37,437 nucleotides of DNA from an uncultured Candidatus Bathyarchaeia archaeon (GCA_964653295.1 CAZZFH010000001.1:1-37437), one strand, 5' to 3'. Numbered from the stretch's first letter, positions 24,498 through 34,035 are shown. Notes: generated by a model from the sequence alone, not told the origin. Numbers and translations are program-made.

Positions 24498-25562
24498 TTA
24501 TCCGCCGGGTTCATTCTTCATAAACTCCCTGAGCAAAGTGGTAGCGAAACCACCCTTATGCAGCATAAAGGATAACTCGACGCCCCGGGGAGAATCAGAT
24601 ACCTCGATCCTTGGAATCAACCTACCTAGGCGACGGGTCCCTGTGACCTTCATTCGCTTGAAGTTCTTCATGGACATCTCAGACTCTTCTAGAATCTCAG
24701 CCTCCAGAGCACCAGAATCACCCAGTGCCTCAGACATCTGAAAACCAAACATAGGAGCCGTGAAACTGATCTCCTGAGCAACATAACGAGGCTGTTCATC
24801 AGCCAAATCATTTACCCAGAAAATACCACCAGTATCATGCTTCTTTGCAACATCACCCACAATCAGGGTATCAAATAAGCCACGCCTAACCCGCTCAGAG
24901 AGATACCTGTTACAGAGATAGCTCTGATAGCTTGCGATTAGTAGCTTGCTTAGCCATCTATCTGTGAACCTGCGCTTGCCTTGAAGTATTCCCCAGCCAT
25001 CCACCACATTCTTACCATGCTTACCGGTTCTTTGCTCACCGTAATAGTTGGGTAAGCCACGTTTATGGATCATATCCGCGATGCGTTTGCTGTTCTCGAT
25101 TGCTTGGTTCTTTGGGATATGGATGGCTGTGATTATTACCTTGAACTTGTTACCGATGAGGTGCCCAGCCCTGAACTTGTTACTATGCCACTTCGCCCAA
25201 TTCACCCTTACATCAAGGCTCCCCTCAATAACCTCCATAGCCTCACCAGAGGAGATCACATTCTGCTCAAAGAGAATACTGAAGGTCTGGGTAGAGACCG
25301 AGAACTTATCCTTGAGCCCACCAGTGCCAATGTTCTGGGGCTTCAGGTTAAACAACTCTGCTAATTGAAGCTGCACATCCCGTGTGGTCTGATTCACCTT
25401 TGTTATGTTCACATACAGGTGGCTACCATCCCCCGAGGGCTCATAGAGCGAGACCTCCTCAACCATAAAGTCTTCAGGGCGAGCCCTGATCCTGCCCCCT
25501 ACACCTCTAAGTCCTGCAGTGAGGTACGGGAGTGATAAGTCGAGGGGTGGAGGTTTTGTCAT
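24498..25562 (-). CDS. truD: tRNA pseudouridine(13) synthase TruD
   Basis: 354 aa. It has the TruD signature GGLKDKFSVSTQ (GxKDxxAxTxQ) and NYYGEQRTG. Confidence 0.88.
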   Translation of the reverse strand: MTKPPPLDLSLPYLTAGLRGVGGRIRARPEDFMVEEVSLYEPSGDGSHLYVNITKVNQTTRDVQLQLAELFNLKPQNIGTGGLKDKFSVSTQTFSILFEQNVISSGEAMEVIEGSLDVRVNWAKWHSNKFRAGHLIGNKFKVIITAIHIPKNQAIENSKRIADMIHKRGLPNYYGEQRTGKHGKNVVDGWGILQGKRRFTDRWLSKLLIASYQSYLCNRYLSERVRRGLFDTLIVGDVAKKHDTGGIFWVNDLADEQPRYVAQEISFTAPMFGFQMSEALGDSGALEAEILEESEMSMKNFKRMKVTGTRRLGRLIPRIEVSDSPRGVELSFMLHKGGFATTLLREFMKNEPGG

Positions 25563-25666
25563 TCTGTGAAGTACCGCACATTGGTTATTGAAGGATTCGA
25601 AAAAAAATTCATAGGATACTTTATGTATTCCGCTTAACGTTTACGGCGAGATAAACAAATAGGAGT

Positions 25667-26521
25667 TTGGGTCTCGTGGAGAAAATCAAGGCAATCCATG
25701 GTCTGATAAAAACCGAGTTACCTGTTGCCGCGGGGATATGTGTTGTCGCAGGTATGGTGATATCAGGTCAACTACCCTCAATCAACCTAATACTGCTGGG
25801 ATTCGCCGTAGGCTTCTTCATATCAAGCACAGCCATGATGACCAATGATTACTGGGACCTCGAAGTAGACAAGATCAATCACCCAAATAGACCCCTTCCA
25901 TCAGGCAGAATCACGATACCAGAACTAAAGATACTCGCAACCTTATTTTCCATAGCTGGGCTCTCCGCTGCAGCAGTATTGGGTCTTGCTCCATTTGTAT
26001 TCTCGTTTATAATATGGGTTATTGGGCTTCTCTATAACTGGAGATACAAGGAGTCTGGGTTACCCGGAAACTTGATGGTAAGCCTTTCTGTTTCCTCAAC
26101 CTTCATACTGGGAGGTATCATAGCAGGTGGTCTCCTCAACAGAATGGTATGGCTGTTTGGAGGCATTGCCTTCCTCTTCGATCTAGCCGAAGAGATTGGC
26201 AGTGGGGCTATGGATATTGAGGGAGATGCCAAGCGGAACGTAAAGAGCATCGCTAGGGTATGGGGTAGAGAGTTTGCTTTGCGAACTTCTTTTGTGATTT
26301 TCGTATTTGTCTCGTTGCTGACATTTGTGCCCTATGTGTACGGTTGGTTCGGTGGTTTTTACCTGATTTCTGTCATCGTTTTGAATCTGGGAGTCTATTT
26401 CTATGCCTTCAGGCTTCTACGAAGCAGCACACCGGATGAGGGCAGAAGCAACTTGAGAGCACTATATATCTCAATGCTATTGTTTGTACTGGTTTTCATC
26501 GCCAATAATCTTCTAAAATAG
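25667..26521 (+). CDS. UbiA-family prenyltransferase, probably digeranylgeranylglyceryl phosphate synthase
   Basis: 284 aa with about 8 TM segments. First Asp-rich motif is NDYWDLEVDKINHPNRPLPSGRI; second motif region is DIEGDAKRNVKSIA. Confidence 0.8.
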   Translation: MGLVEKIKAIHGLIKTELPVAAGICVVAGMVISGQLPSINLILLGFAVGFFISSTAMMTNDYWDLEVDKINHPNRPLPSGRITIPELKILATLFSIAGLSAAAVLGLAPFVFSFIIWVIGLLYNWRYKESGLPGNLMVSLSVSSTFILGGIIAGGLLNRMVWLFGGIAFLFDLAEEIGSGAMDIEGDAKRNVKSIARVWGREFALRTSFVIFVFVSLLTFVPYVYGWFGGFYLISVIVLNLGVYFYAFRLLRSSTPDEGRSNLRALYISMLLFVLVFIANNLLK

Positions 26522-26540
26522 AGTAATTCATAGAATAAGT

Positions 26541-27895
26541 CTATGAGAAATTAGATGAGAGACTAGATATTTTCTCAAGTTTCTCCAAGTTGTCAACCTG
26601 CGTGATTATCCTTGAGACCTTATCGCTTGGGAGGGTCATGGATGCGAACGCGGTGAACTTTTCCTTGATGAACTCCAGTGGAATGGGTTGCTTGTCTTCC
26701 TCAAAAAGGTGATAACGTCTACCATCGCGGGTGAATATCTCAAGCCTTGTCCCTATCTTCGTGGGGAAGACCTCATCGATGACTGGATCAATATAAACCT
26801 CGGCTTTCTGCCCAAGCTCAACCACCCGGGGATCAGTGTAACAGTCAAAGAACTCCTTCATGAAAACCTGTCCCTCAACAAGGGCTATGGCAACTGCTAC
26901 TGCAGGGTGATTCTGGGCGTGGAGTGGGGTCTCGGCTACCTTGAGCTGGTTCTCAGCTGTGATGTGGTTCAACCCTATCCTGATCTTTTCTATGTCATCG
27001 ATCTCGATCCCATTCTCTTCCTGTAAGTCCAGCGCCATCTTGATGGGGGGACATAGCTCGTGGCAGCAAGCATAGGGCTTGAACTTGCATTTGAGAATCT
27101 TATAATCCGTGCCCAAGCCCTCGGTTAAACGGTTCAAGTCGTAGCCTTCAGCGTGAGACGCCAATAACCCATACTTTCCCTCGAAAACCGTACAAGGACC
27201 AGTATAGCCCTCACGAGCCAAGAGGGCGGCTAGGACCCCATTCATGGCAGCCTTCCCAGCGTGCAACCGCTTACTCATATCACCTGTGGTCAGCCATTCC
27301 TCTAAACCTGCTGCCTGAGTCCCAGCCAATCCAAAGGCGTTTACCAATTCATCCTCGTTTAACCCAAGCAACTTACCAGCAGCAGCAACTGCACCAATAG
27401 TGCCTACTACGCCTGTTGCGTGGAAGCCCCTGTTCCTGAGCCCGGGATAGACAGCGCTATCGACCCTACAGCTCACCTCATAACCGGCAACCAGAGCCAC
27501 AATAAGGTCTCTACCAGTTACCTGCTCTGCCTCTGCTACTGCTAAAGCAGCGGGTATGATGCATGCTCCCGGGTGTGCCCAGCTGGGGCGTGCCCTGAGT
27601 CATCTGCATCTATTCCATGAGCCATTGTTCCGTTTGCTAGGGCAGCCATTATCATGGGGTATTTTGTTGTTTCTCCGAGTACAGTGGATTGGGGTTCTCC
27701 CTTCATCTGCCGTACAATGTTGATGACCATCTGGCTCCACGGTAATTCGTGGGCGCCTAGGATGTTTCCAAGTGAATCTAGGAGATGCATCTTGGTTTTT
27801 ATTACTACTTCTGGGGCTAGGTCGTTGTACTTGAGTTCTGAAACATATTTGGCGAAAATCCGTGAGTATTCTTCCATATAGACACCGTGCTTCAT
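26541..27895 (-). pseudogene. MmgE/PrpD-family dehydratase gene interrupted by a single frameshift
   Basis: ORFs 27542-27895 and 26541-27500 are the N- and C-terminal parts of one PrpD-fold protein. The upstream frame ends ...AHGIDADDSGHAPAGHTREH...*. The adjacent frame reads ...SWAHPGACIIPAALAVAEAEQVTGRDLIVALVAGYEV, the conserved D.DD...HPG..IIPAALA block. The switch must lie between 27578 and 27599, around a G4/C4 run at 27585-27588. Confidence 0.75.
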
Positions 27896-27981
27896 TAGAG
27901 GGCTCGGAAAATATATCTTTTATTTGAAAAGAAAAGGATATGTCATAACTTTAGATTTGTGCAACTTTTTTCTTAAAAATT

Positions 27982-28146
27982 TTAGAGTAATGGTAGGCTG
28001 CCTGTCACCTTGTCTATGAACTGCTCCTGATGAGGACCAATACAAGTTGTGGTACCCGGGGCTACCTCAGTATACCCAGCATCCTGAATCAAAACATAGG
28101 TAATATCCAGCGACTCAGCCTTCTTCGCGAGTTCCTCAAGCTCCTA
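27982..28146 (-). pseudogene. Orphan 3' fragment of a second pth2 copy (last 53 codons plus stop)
   Basis: Minus-strand translation gives ELEELAKKAESLDITYVLIQDAGYTEVAPGTTTCIGPHQEQFIDKVTGSLPLL*. Intact Pth2 reads EELEELAEKAESLDITYVLIQDAGHTEVAPGTTTCIGVGPHQEQFIDKVTGNLPLL*. There is an in-frame TAG immediately upstream and no start codon. Confidence 0.85.
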
Positions 28147-28401
28147 TCTAGCATCAAATAGCTGACCCATGATCCGAGGCATACAAGAGCATCATCGTGA
28201 CAAGACGCGGGGGGATATGAGAGCGTAGGAAGCCTGGTGCTCAATTACTTGTTTCAAGGTTGACTGAGTGTAGGCATTGGGTGGGTGAAAAAAGGGTTAC
28301 GGGGCTATCTTGACCAACACGTATCTGATATATGGTTCAAATGCATTGGTTAAGAAACTTTTACAAAAAAGCATAAAACACGTCCAAAGAGATTCAATGA
28401 T

Positions 28402-30159
28402 GTGAACCTTCAAGGGCAAGGCAGGATTGGATACTGGTCTTCCTTCTTGTTTGTCCTATTATCATTTCTTGTGTTCAACCAAGCCTGCAGTGGATACAGT
28501 GAACCCATAGAAATGGATCAAAGCCTTCGGGTAGAGGGAAACGAGAACCTATCATACATTAATGAGAACCTGGTTATTGATGGTAACATAGAGGTAGGGG
28601 GTGATGCCTCGCTTCTTTTCCGAGACTGCAACATCACAATACTCTGGAGTCAGTTTAGTGGTAAATCGAATATACTGGTATCAGACAGGGGTGTACTTCG
28701 ACTGGAAAACAGCACAGTATGGATAAGACTGGACACCGAGTACCATGTCTCAACAATCGGCGATATCACCATTCAAGATCAAGCGAATCTCATCCTAGAC
28801 TCATCCACGATTCTGTCAACAGACATTATCTTCATGAGTGTAAGAAACAAGGCAAGGGTAGAGTTTACTGATTCAATGTATTTTGGGAAGGCGCCGAGGT
28901 CTAGTCAACACGGGATAATCGAGGACATGATGCCACGAGGTGTAATCAGCGAACTGAATGATGATTACTGCATATATGTCCAGGAAAACGCGGTTTTGAC
29001 AGCAGTTGGCTCCGAGCTTGGGGTTGTTGATTTATCTGATGACACATGGTGCAGTATAAACAACTCAAGAATCGTCATATTATCGCCATACTCGTCAAAG
29101 GAGACTCAGTGTTCTGAGTCCGAGATCACTATCATCTCAATGAGTCAGATGAACTCAAACTTCACATTAAATGGCACCCTAAGCGGGTACTATGATCTAT
29201 TTATCTTGGAGGAGGCTCTTGGCTCAGATACAGGTGGAAATCTACGCCTGATTGACTCCAGAATCGAGAAAGTAAGACTGTCACTGGTTGACTGCAAATC
29301 AGAGATTATGGACGCAAACCTTTGGCAGCTAACCATATCAGGCGGAGAAACAAACATACAAGGCTCAGAGATAACGATAGCCAACCTCTACTATGGAAAC
29401 ATAACGATAACGGACTCAGAGATACCATATCTTCTTGGAAACTGCCGCGACGGCAAACTAAGGGTACAGGGCTGTGAATGTCTATGGGTCAGCCTTACAG
29501 GACATAACCGAGACGGTTTGGATTATATCTGGGCGGAGTTCAATGACACAGACATAGAGACCTGTGTTATAAACTACATGAGTATAGTGGAGGAGGCAGA
29601 TATATTCCTAAGAGACGTCACCATGTATAACCTGTCGATGAAGGCGGCGCCTAGATTCGAAATGTATACAGATAACTGTGTAGTCGAAAACAGGGTCACC
29701 CTAACCAGTCTAATGGGCGCCCCAATGATCAACCTCAGAGGCACAATCGAATTCTATATGGATGACTTGGTTGTCTACGGTAACACGATACTGCACCGTG
29801 AATACGAGATTAGGTTACAGGAAGACGGTGAACCCTCCGCAAATAAGCAGGTGCAACTCGTAAAGGATTCAGTTACAATAGATAACGCGACTTCAAATCA
29901 AGAAGGGCTCCTGTTCTTTGATGTATACTGGGAGGAGGGAGCCACTCCTGACTTGTATTGGTATGATAAGCGTCTGTATGATATTGATGAACCATTGATA
30001 GTAAGGGTAGGCGACACTGAGAGGGAGATCAGGATTCTCAGTGATACCCCCGTCGAGATTGAGTTAGCTGAACCCGTTTTCCCGGTAATCTATGCGGTAA
30101 TCACAACAGGGGTTCTGGTGTTGTTTATTGCTTTCATTTTTATTCGGAAGCGGCTCTAG
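28402..30159 (+). CDS. Secreted or anchored surface protein, probably a beta-helix-type repeat protein, with many N-glycosylation sequons
   Basis: 585 aa. Signal peptide-like N-terminus (WSSFLFVLLSFLVFNQACSG). Recurring short N/D/S/I-rich segments typical of parallel beta-helix adhesins. C-terminal TM anchor is PVFPVIYAVITTGVLVLFIAFIFIRKRL. GTG start. Confidence 0.6.
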   Translation: MNLQGQGRIGYWSSFLFVLLSFLVFNQACSGYSEPIEMDQSLRVEGNENLSYINENLVIDGNIEVGGDASLLFRDCNITILWSQFSGKSNILVSDRGVLRLENSTVWIRLDTEYHVSTIGDITIQDQANLILDSSTILSTDIIFMSVRNKARVEFTDSMYFGKAPRSSQHGIIEDMMPRGVISELNDDYCIYVQENAVLTAVGSELGVVDLSDDTWCSINNSRIVILSPYSSKETQCSESEITIISMSQMNSNFTLNGTLSGYYDLFILEEALGSDTGGNLRLIDSRIEKVRLSLVDCKSEIMDANLWQLTISGGETNIQGSEITIANLYYGNITITDSEIPYLLGNCRDGKLRVQGCECLWVSLTGHNRDGLDYIWAEFNDTDIETCVINYMSIVEEADIFLRDVTMYNLSMKAAPRFEMYTDNCVVENRVTLTSLMGAPMINLRGTIEFYMDDLVVYGNTILHREYEIRLQEDGEPSANKQVQLVKDSVTIDNATSNQEGLLFFDVYWEEGATPDLYWYDKRLYDIDEPLIVRVGDTEREIRILSDTPVEIELAEPVFPVIYAVITTGVLVLFIAFIFIRKRL

Positions 30160-30219
30160 CAGGGTCTGTAAATTTTTCTTTACAAACAGGCTTAAACTTT
30201 CAACAAGAAAATATGAATC

Positions 30220-31434
30220 ATGGACCGAGAGAACACCCTCATCATCGCGGCTGTTATATTCATACTTACAGTGGTATTGTTCTTCCCAAAGGAACCCGAT
30301 GCAGAAGAAACTCAACTCGTCAAGATAGGAGTATTAACTTTCGACAAGGACAATAATGCGTCTGAGGCGTTCCTATCAACCCAAGCAATTGATGATATTA
30401 ACCAGTACTGCCTGAATCAATCAATCCCATATCAGTTTATACCTGTATTCAAGTGTAGCGAGAAGAGGGTTCAACGCGCCATTGAGAGGGTAGATGAGTT
30501 TCACATGGAAAACGTCTCAATCATCGTGGGTTTCAGGTGGGCAGGTACGCTGGATGCCTGTGACTATCAAAGCAAGAGCTATGGGATGGTGATTGTCTCA
30601 CCCTATGCTTCTACATCGTTCCACCGCGATATTTACCCCCATATTATTCAGTTAATGCCGATTGATATTCACGAGACACAGGTAATCGCCCGGGCTATGG
30701 TTGAGCTTGGTTTTATGGAGACGGTTATCTTCACTGAGGAATACAATACGCGCCCCGGTTACATGGTGGATGAGTTCAGAAGGTACTATGAGGGAATGGG
30801 TGGAGCGGTAAATGATACGGTGGTATATAGGTTCTCACAAAACCTAGCTCAGATTAACGGGACATTATCAAGACTGGAAGACGCAGTAAACCCAAACAGT
30901 GCAATCTTTTACCCTGAAGAATATCCATACACTCAATACTTCCACGAAATACACAATCACCCGAGTCTACATAACCACACATGGTTCTCAACAAGCAGCG
31001 CAAAAAGTAACTACACCGCGGAGATATCAGCTACCCCGGAGTTAGATGAGATGAGACTCATTCACCCCTATCTAGATACAACACCAGACCATTCAAACCC
31101 GGTGTACCAGGAGTTAAACAGCTTATACTATGACGAGTTCGGAGAAAACATGACGCGTTACACTGGGAATATATATGACGCGGTCTGGTTATCAGCATTA
31201 ACCATCATCGAGACAGGTGAATACAACAACATATCCTTCATCGAAACACTCCCAGAGATAGCCAAAAACTACACTGGAGCCTCGGGTAACTGCAGCCTAG
31301 ACCAATACGGAGACAGACTCCACGCAGGCTACAACATCTACAGATATGTCCTCCGTGACGAAGACATCTACCTCAAAGAAATCGGGTACTGCGATACATC
31401 AAAAAATGAAATCGAATGGACTTCATTACAATAG
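30220..31434 (+). CDS. Membrane-anchored type-1 periplasmic-binding-protein-fold protein (LivJ/ANF-receptor-like ligand-binding protein)
   Basis: 404 aa. N-terminal TM anchor, then VKIGVLTFDK...AIDDIN...IIVGFRW, typical of Leu/Ile/Val-binding-protein-like SBPs. About 10 NxS/T sequons. The 3' end overlaps the convergent pth2 by 9 nt. Confidence 0.55.
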   Translation: MDRENTLIIAAVIFILTVVLFFPKEPDAEETQLVKIGVLTFDKDNNASEAFLSTQAIDDINQYCLNQSIPYQFIPVFKCSEKRVQRAIERVDEFHMENVSIIVGFRWAGTLDACDYQSKSYGMVIVSPYASTSFHRDIYPHIIQLMPIDIHETQVIARAMVELGFMETVIFTEEYNTRPGYMVDEFRRYYEGMGGAVNDTVVYRFSQNLAQINGTLSRLEDAVNPNSAIFYPEEYPYTQYFHEIHNHPSLHNHTWFSTSSAKSNYTAEISATPELDEMRLIHPYLDTTPDHSNPVYQELNSLYYDEFGENMTRYTGNIYDAVWLSALTIIETGEYNNISFIETLPEIAKNYTGASGNCSLDQYGDRLHAGYNIYRYVLRDEDIYLKEIGYCDTSKNEIEWTSLQ

Positions 31435-31595
31435 GGGTAGGTTGCCTGTCACCTTGTCGATGAACTGCTCCTGATGAGGACCTACTCCAATACAAGTTGT
31501 GGTACCAGGTGCCACCTCTGTGTGCCCCGCATCCTGAATCAAGACATAGGTAATATCAAGTGACTCAGCCTTCTCAGCAAGCTCCTCAAGCTCCT
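31426..31595. repeat. Copy B of the pth2 3'-end repeat (partner at 27982-28146)
   Basis: Hand alignment of 31436-31595 with 27992-28145 gives about 16 mismatches over about 154 aligned nt, plus one 6-nt in-frame indel (TACTCC, 31483-31488). Many differences are synonymous. Confidence 0.85.
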
Positions 31596-31797
31596 CAAAG
31601 CTATCAGCTTGAAGTGCTACCTTCTTGGCTCCCTCGTCCCTCCACCTTTTCCAGTGCTTGGTCTGGGTCCGCTTACACTCCTCGCTACAACTAACTGCCG
31701 CGTGGCAAGCCTGCGCTATCATCTTACCGAGGCTCATGTCGAGATCGGTGCGCATTACTATGACCATCTTATAGGTGAAAGGACTGCCCTTAGCCAT
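31426..31797 (-). CDS. pth2: Peptidyl-tRNA hydrolase, archaeal type (Pth2)
   Basis: 123 aa: KMVIVMRTDLDMSLGKMIAQACHAAV...KKVALQ...DAGHTEVAPGTTTCIGVGP matches the Pth2 family. Its ATG directly abuts the aspS stop (TAGATG). Confidence 0.9.
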   Translation of the reverse strand: MAKGSPFTYKMVIVMRTDLDMSLGKMIAQACHAAVSCSEECKRTQTKHWKRWRDEGAKKVALQADSFEELEELAEKAESLDITYVLIQDAGHTEVAPGTTTCIGVGPHQEQFIDKVTGNLPLL

Positions 31798-33138
31798 CTA
31801 GGGCACCAACCTATCTCTGTCCCTTGGGAACATACAGCACTCACGGATATTATCCTGACCTGTAACAGTCATAGTGATGCGCTCCATGCCGATACTCCAG
31901 CCCGCGTGAGGTGGTGCACCATACCTGAAGGCTCCGATATAGTACTCGAAGTTATCTGGGTTCAACCCCTTGTACTTAATGCGCTCAGCCAGTAGCTCAG
32001 GTAGGTGGATACGCATGGTGCCGCTGCTGATCTCGATGCCACTGTAAAGGCAGTCAAACGCCCTTACTATCTTGTCACCCATCTCCACGTTACCATAGGT
32101 CTCTTCAAGATACTTGGCGTCAATCTCATTCTCCTTGTTATAGGGCATAGCATAGAACGCCTTCTGGGCTCCAGGCCAGTCCTTCAAGAAAAAGGCTTCC
32201 TGCCCAACAAGCTCTGTGAGCAGCTTCTCCTGTGTCTTGGTGAAATCGTCACCCCAAAGAATAGTCTCTCCCTCGCCCTGAAGCATCTCGATAGCCTCAG
32301 TGTAGGTAACCCTTCTCAATGGTAGTTCAGGAACCACCAGCTCTCTTCCAAGAAGCTCCAGTTGATCAGCTGCCTTCTCCTTGGTTACTGCTAGCATGTG
32401 AGCCAAGACTTTCTCCAGTACGCCCATCACTGTCTCGTCATTGCTGAATGCCTGCTCGATATCCATCTGCCTTACCTCGTTAAGATGAGTGGGCGTATTG
32501 AATTTCTCAGCCCTCCAGATTGGTGTAATGGTGAATACCTTCTCGAAGCTAATGGCACACATCTGCTTGTATAGCTGGGGGCTCTGAGCCAAGAAAGCCA
32601 TTTTATCGAAATAGGGAATAGCGAATAGATCTGCTCCACCCTCAGAAGCGCTTCCTATGATGCATGGGGGCTGGAACTCCATGTAGCCATTACCACTGAG
32701 ATATTCTCTGAAGGCAGTGACCAGTGTGTTCTGTATGGTAAATATGGCGTTGCTTGTGGGGCTACGGAAATCGAGGAACCTGTAATTGAGCCTTGTGTCA
32801 AGGTCGCTCTTCTTGTTCTCCAATATATCCACGGGGAGCGGCTGCTCGCTCTTATTAATCACATCAATATTATCTGGGACGAACTCCAGCCCAGCGTTTG
32901 CTACATTGCTTCTCACAGCTTTCCCCGTTACAGCAATAACATCCTCTCTTCCCAAGGGCAGCTCAAACAGCTCTTTGGATTCGGGTTTGACAACTACCTG
33001 TATCTCGCCTGTACGGTCCCTGAGAACGATGAATCTGATCTTCTTGAGGTCCCTTGTTCGGCTTACCCAACCGGCTAGGGTTATGGTCTCGCCTAAGTGT
33101 TCCTCTGCTTCTTTAATGTATATTCTACTGTCAAACAT
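31798..33138 (-). CDS. aspS: Aspartate--tRNA ligase, archaeal/eukaryotic type
   Basis: N-terminal OB anticodon-binding domain (ITLAGWVSRTRDLKKIRFIVLRDRTGEIQVV) and class II motifs (FREYL...GYMEFQPP; QSPQLYKQ; GGADLF; GAPPHAGWSIGMERI). The ORF extends to 33174, but ATG 33138 (MFDSRIYIKEA) is the likelier start. Confidence 0.9.
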   Translation of the reverse strand: MFDSRIYIKEAEEHLGETITLAGWVSRTRDLKKIRFIVLRDRTGEIQVVVKPESKELFELPLGREDVIAVTGKAVRSNVANAGLEFVPDNIDVINKSEQPLPVDILENKKSDLDTRLNYRFLDFRSPTSNAIFTIQNTLVTAFREYLSGNGYMEFQPPCIIGSASEGGADLFAIPYFDKMAFLAQSPQLYKQMCAISFEKVFTITPIWRAEKFNTPTHLNEVRQMDIEQAFSNDETVMGVLEKVLAHMLAVTKEKAADQLELLGRELVVPELPLRRVTYTEAIEMLQGEGETILWGDDFTKTQEKLLTELVGQEAFFLKDWPGAQKAFYAMPYNKENEIDAKYLEETYGNVEMGDKIVRAFDCLYSGIEISSGTMRIHLPELLAERIKYKGLNPDNFEYYIGAFRYGAPPHAGWSIGMERITMTVTGQDNIRECCMFPRDRDRLVP

Positions 33139-33200
33139 TCCTTGACACCATTCACTGGCTACGCACTTGAACATGAAAATGGTATAAAAAGTTTAGGCGG

Positions 33201-33710
33201 TCAGTAGGCGTACTCTACGCGAAGATCCATATTTCGCACGGTCTTTGCGACATTGACGAGTGCCTGCAGACGCTTTTTACTGAGACGCCTGTTACCGCGT
33301 CCCTGTAGTACGACTCTGGTTTCTGTGCTTCCGTCTGGTAGCCAGATGATGTTTATTGTAACAATGTGCTGGCTTGCGAACAAGTCTTCAAGGAACTGCC
33401 TGTCTTTAACACCACTCTCGATGACAAGCACACGTTTATTGAACTGATCACCGAGGTCTCGCGTTAATTTTGGATCGGCGTTTATCTTTGCGGAGTCTCC
33501 CTTTCCCACTACGAGAACAAGGAATCCTCCTGCCTCCAAAACATTGTCCAGCCTTACCTTCTGTAAGAACTGGTACTGGTTCTCCATTCCCAGCAATAGC
33601 TTAGCTACCTCGATATACTGATCACTAACTTCTCCGGAATCTACCTTAGCCTTACATTTGTTACAGAGCATCCCGCTCTTTAAACAGAATTCACATAGCT
33701 GTATCTGCAC
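33201..33710 (-). CDS. Zn-ribbon plus KH-like RNA-binding protein (NusA-like archaeal family); assignment tentative
   Basis: 169 aa. N-terminal CEFC...CNKC ribbon, followed by a region with a VVGKGDS (GxxG-like) loop. GTG start. Confidence 0.5.
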   Translation of the reverse strand: MQIQLCEFCLKSGMLCNKCKAKVDSGEVSDQYIEVAKLLLGMENQYQFLQKVRLDNVLEAGGFLVLVVGKGDSAKINADPKLTRDLGDQFNKRVLVIESGVKDRQFLEDLFASQHIVTINIIWLPDGSTETRVVLQGRGNRRLSKKRLQALVNVAKTVRNMDLRVEYAY

Positions 33711-33720
33711 GTCGATAGGT

Positions 33721-33738
33721 CCTCCGGCGCGTCGGAGG
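33721..33738 (-). promoter_or_regulatory. GC-rich hairpin that pairs the SD of the Zn-ribbon/KH gene with an anti-SD
   Basis: On the mRNA strand the sequence is CCUCCG-ACGCGC-CGGAGG. The 3' arm contains GGAGG, 10 nt upstream of the GTG start (33710). It sits in the 52-nt alba-to-KH spacer. Confidence 0.45.
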
Positions 33739-33762
33739 AATCAGGATGCTCTACCGTCTTAT

Positions 33763-34035
33763 TTAAGCTTTGACTGTGATGTCGATGGTGCTTACGTTGG
33801 AAGGCCCTCTATCCTCAGACTCTAGGCTCTCGGTGCCAATCTGTATATCGGCTACCGCTGCATTGGGCATAAATCTGTTCTTGAGGACCTCGACAACATC
33901 AACAGCCCTGCTGATGCTGCGTCCCCTAGCCTTGATGCTTATCTCCTCGTGACCTGACTTGAACAGTGTCATGCATGCGAGAACATAGTTGAGAACGGGC
34001 TTCCTCCCGATGAAAACGGTATTAGATCGCTCCAT
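33763..34035 (-). CDS. albA: Chromatin/RNA-binding protein Alba
   Basis: 90 aa. NTVFIGRKPVLNYVLACMTLF...EISIKARGRSISRAVDVVEVLKNRF...NVSTIDITV is the canonical Alba pattern. Confidence 0.92.
   Translation of the reverse strand: MERSNTVFIGRKPVLNYVLACMTLFKSGHEEISIKARGRSISRAVDVVEVLKNRFMPNAAVADIQIGTESLESEDRGPSNVSTIDITVKA

Noticed and set aside
26541-27895. Treating ORFs 26541-27500 and 27542-27895 as two separate genes
   Set aside because: The downstream ORF's apparent GTG start falls in the middle of a conserved PrpD helix (IVALVAGYEV). The conserved HPG..IIPAALA block is readable in the shifted frame just upstream. A single frameshifted gene is the parsimonious model.
28331-28343. ATGGTTCAAAT resembles the T-arm of the tRNA(CAU) (ATGGGTTCAAAT); considered as an attachment-site repeat
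   Set aside because: The match is only about 9-11 nt and includes an indel. It does not extend into the acceptor stem, so there is no support for it being an att duplicate.
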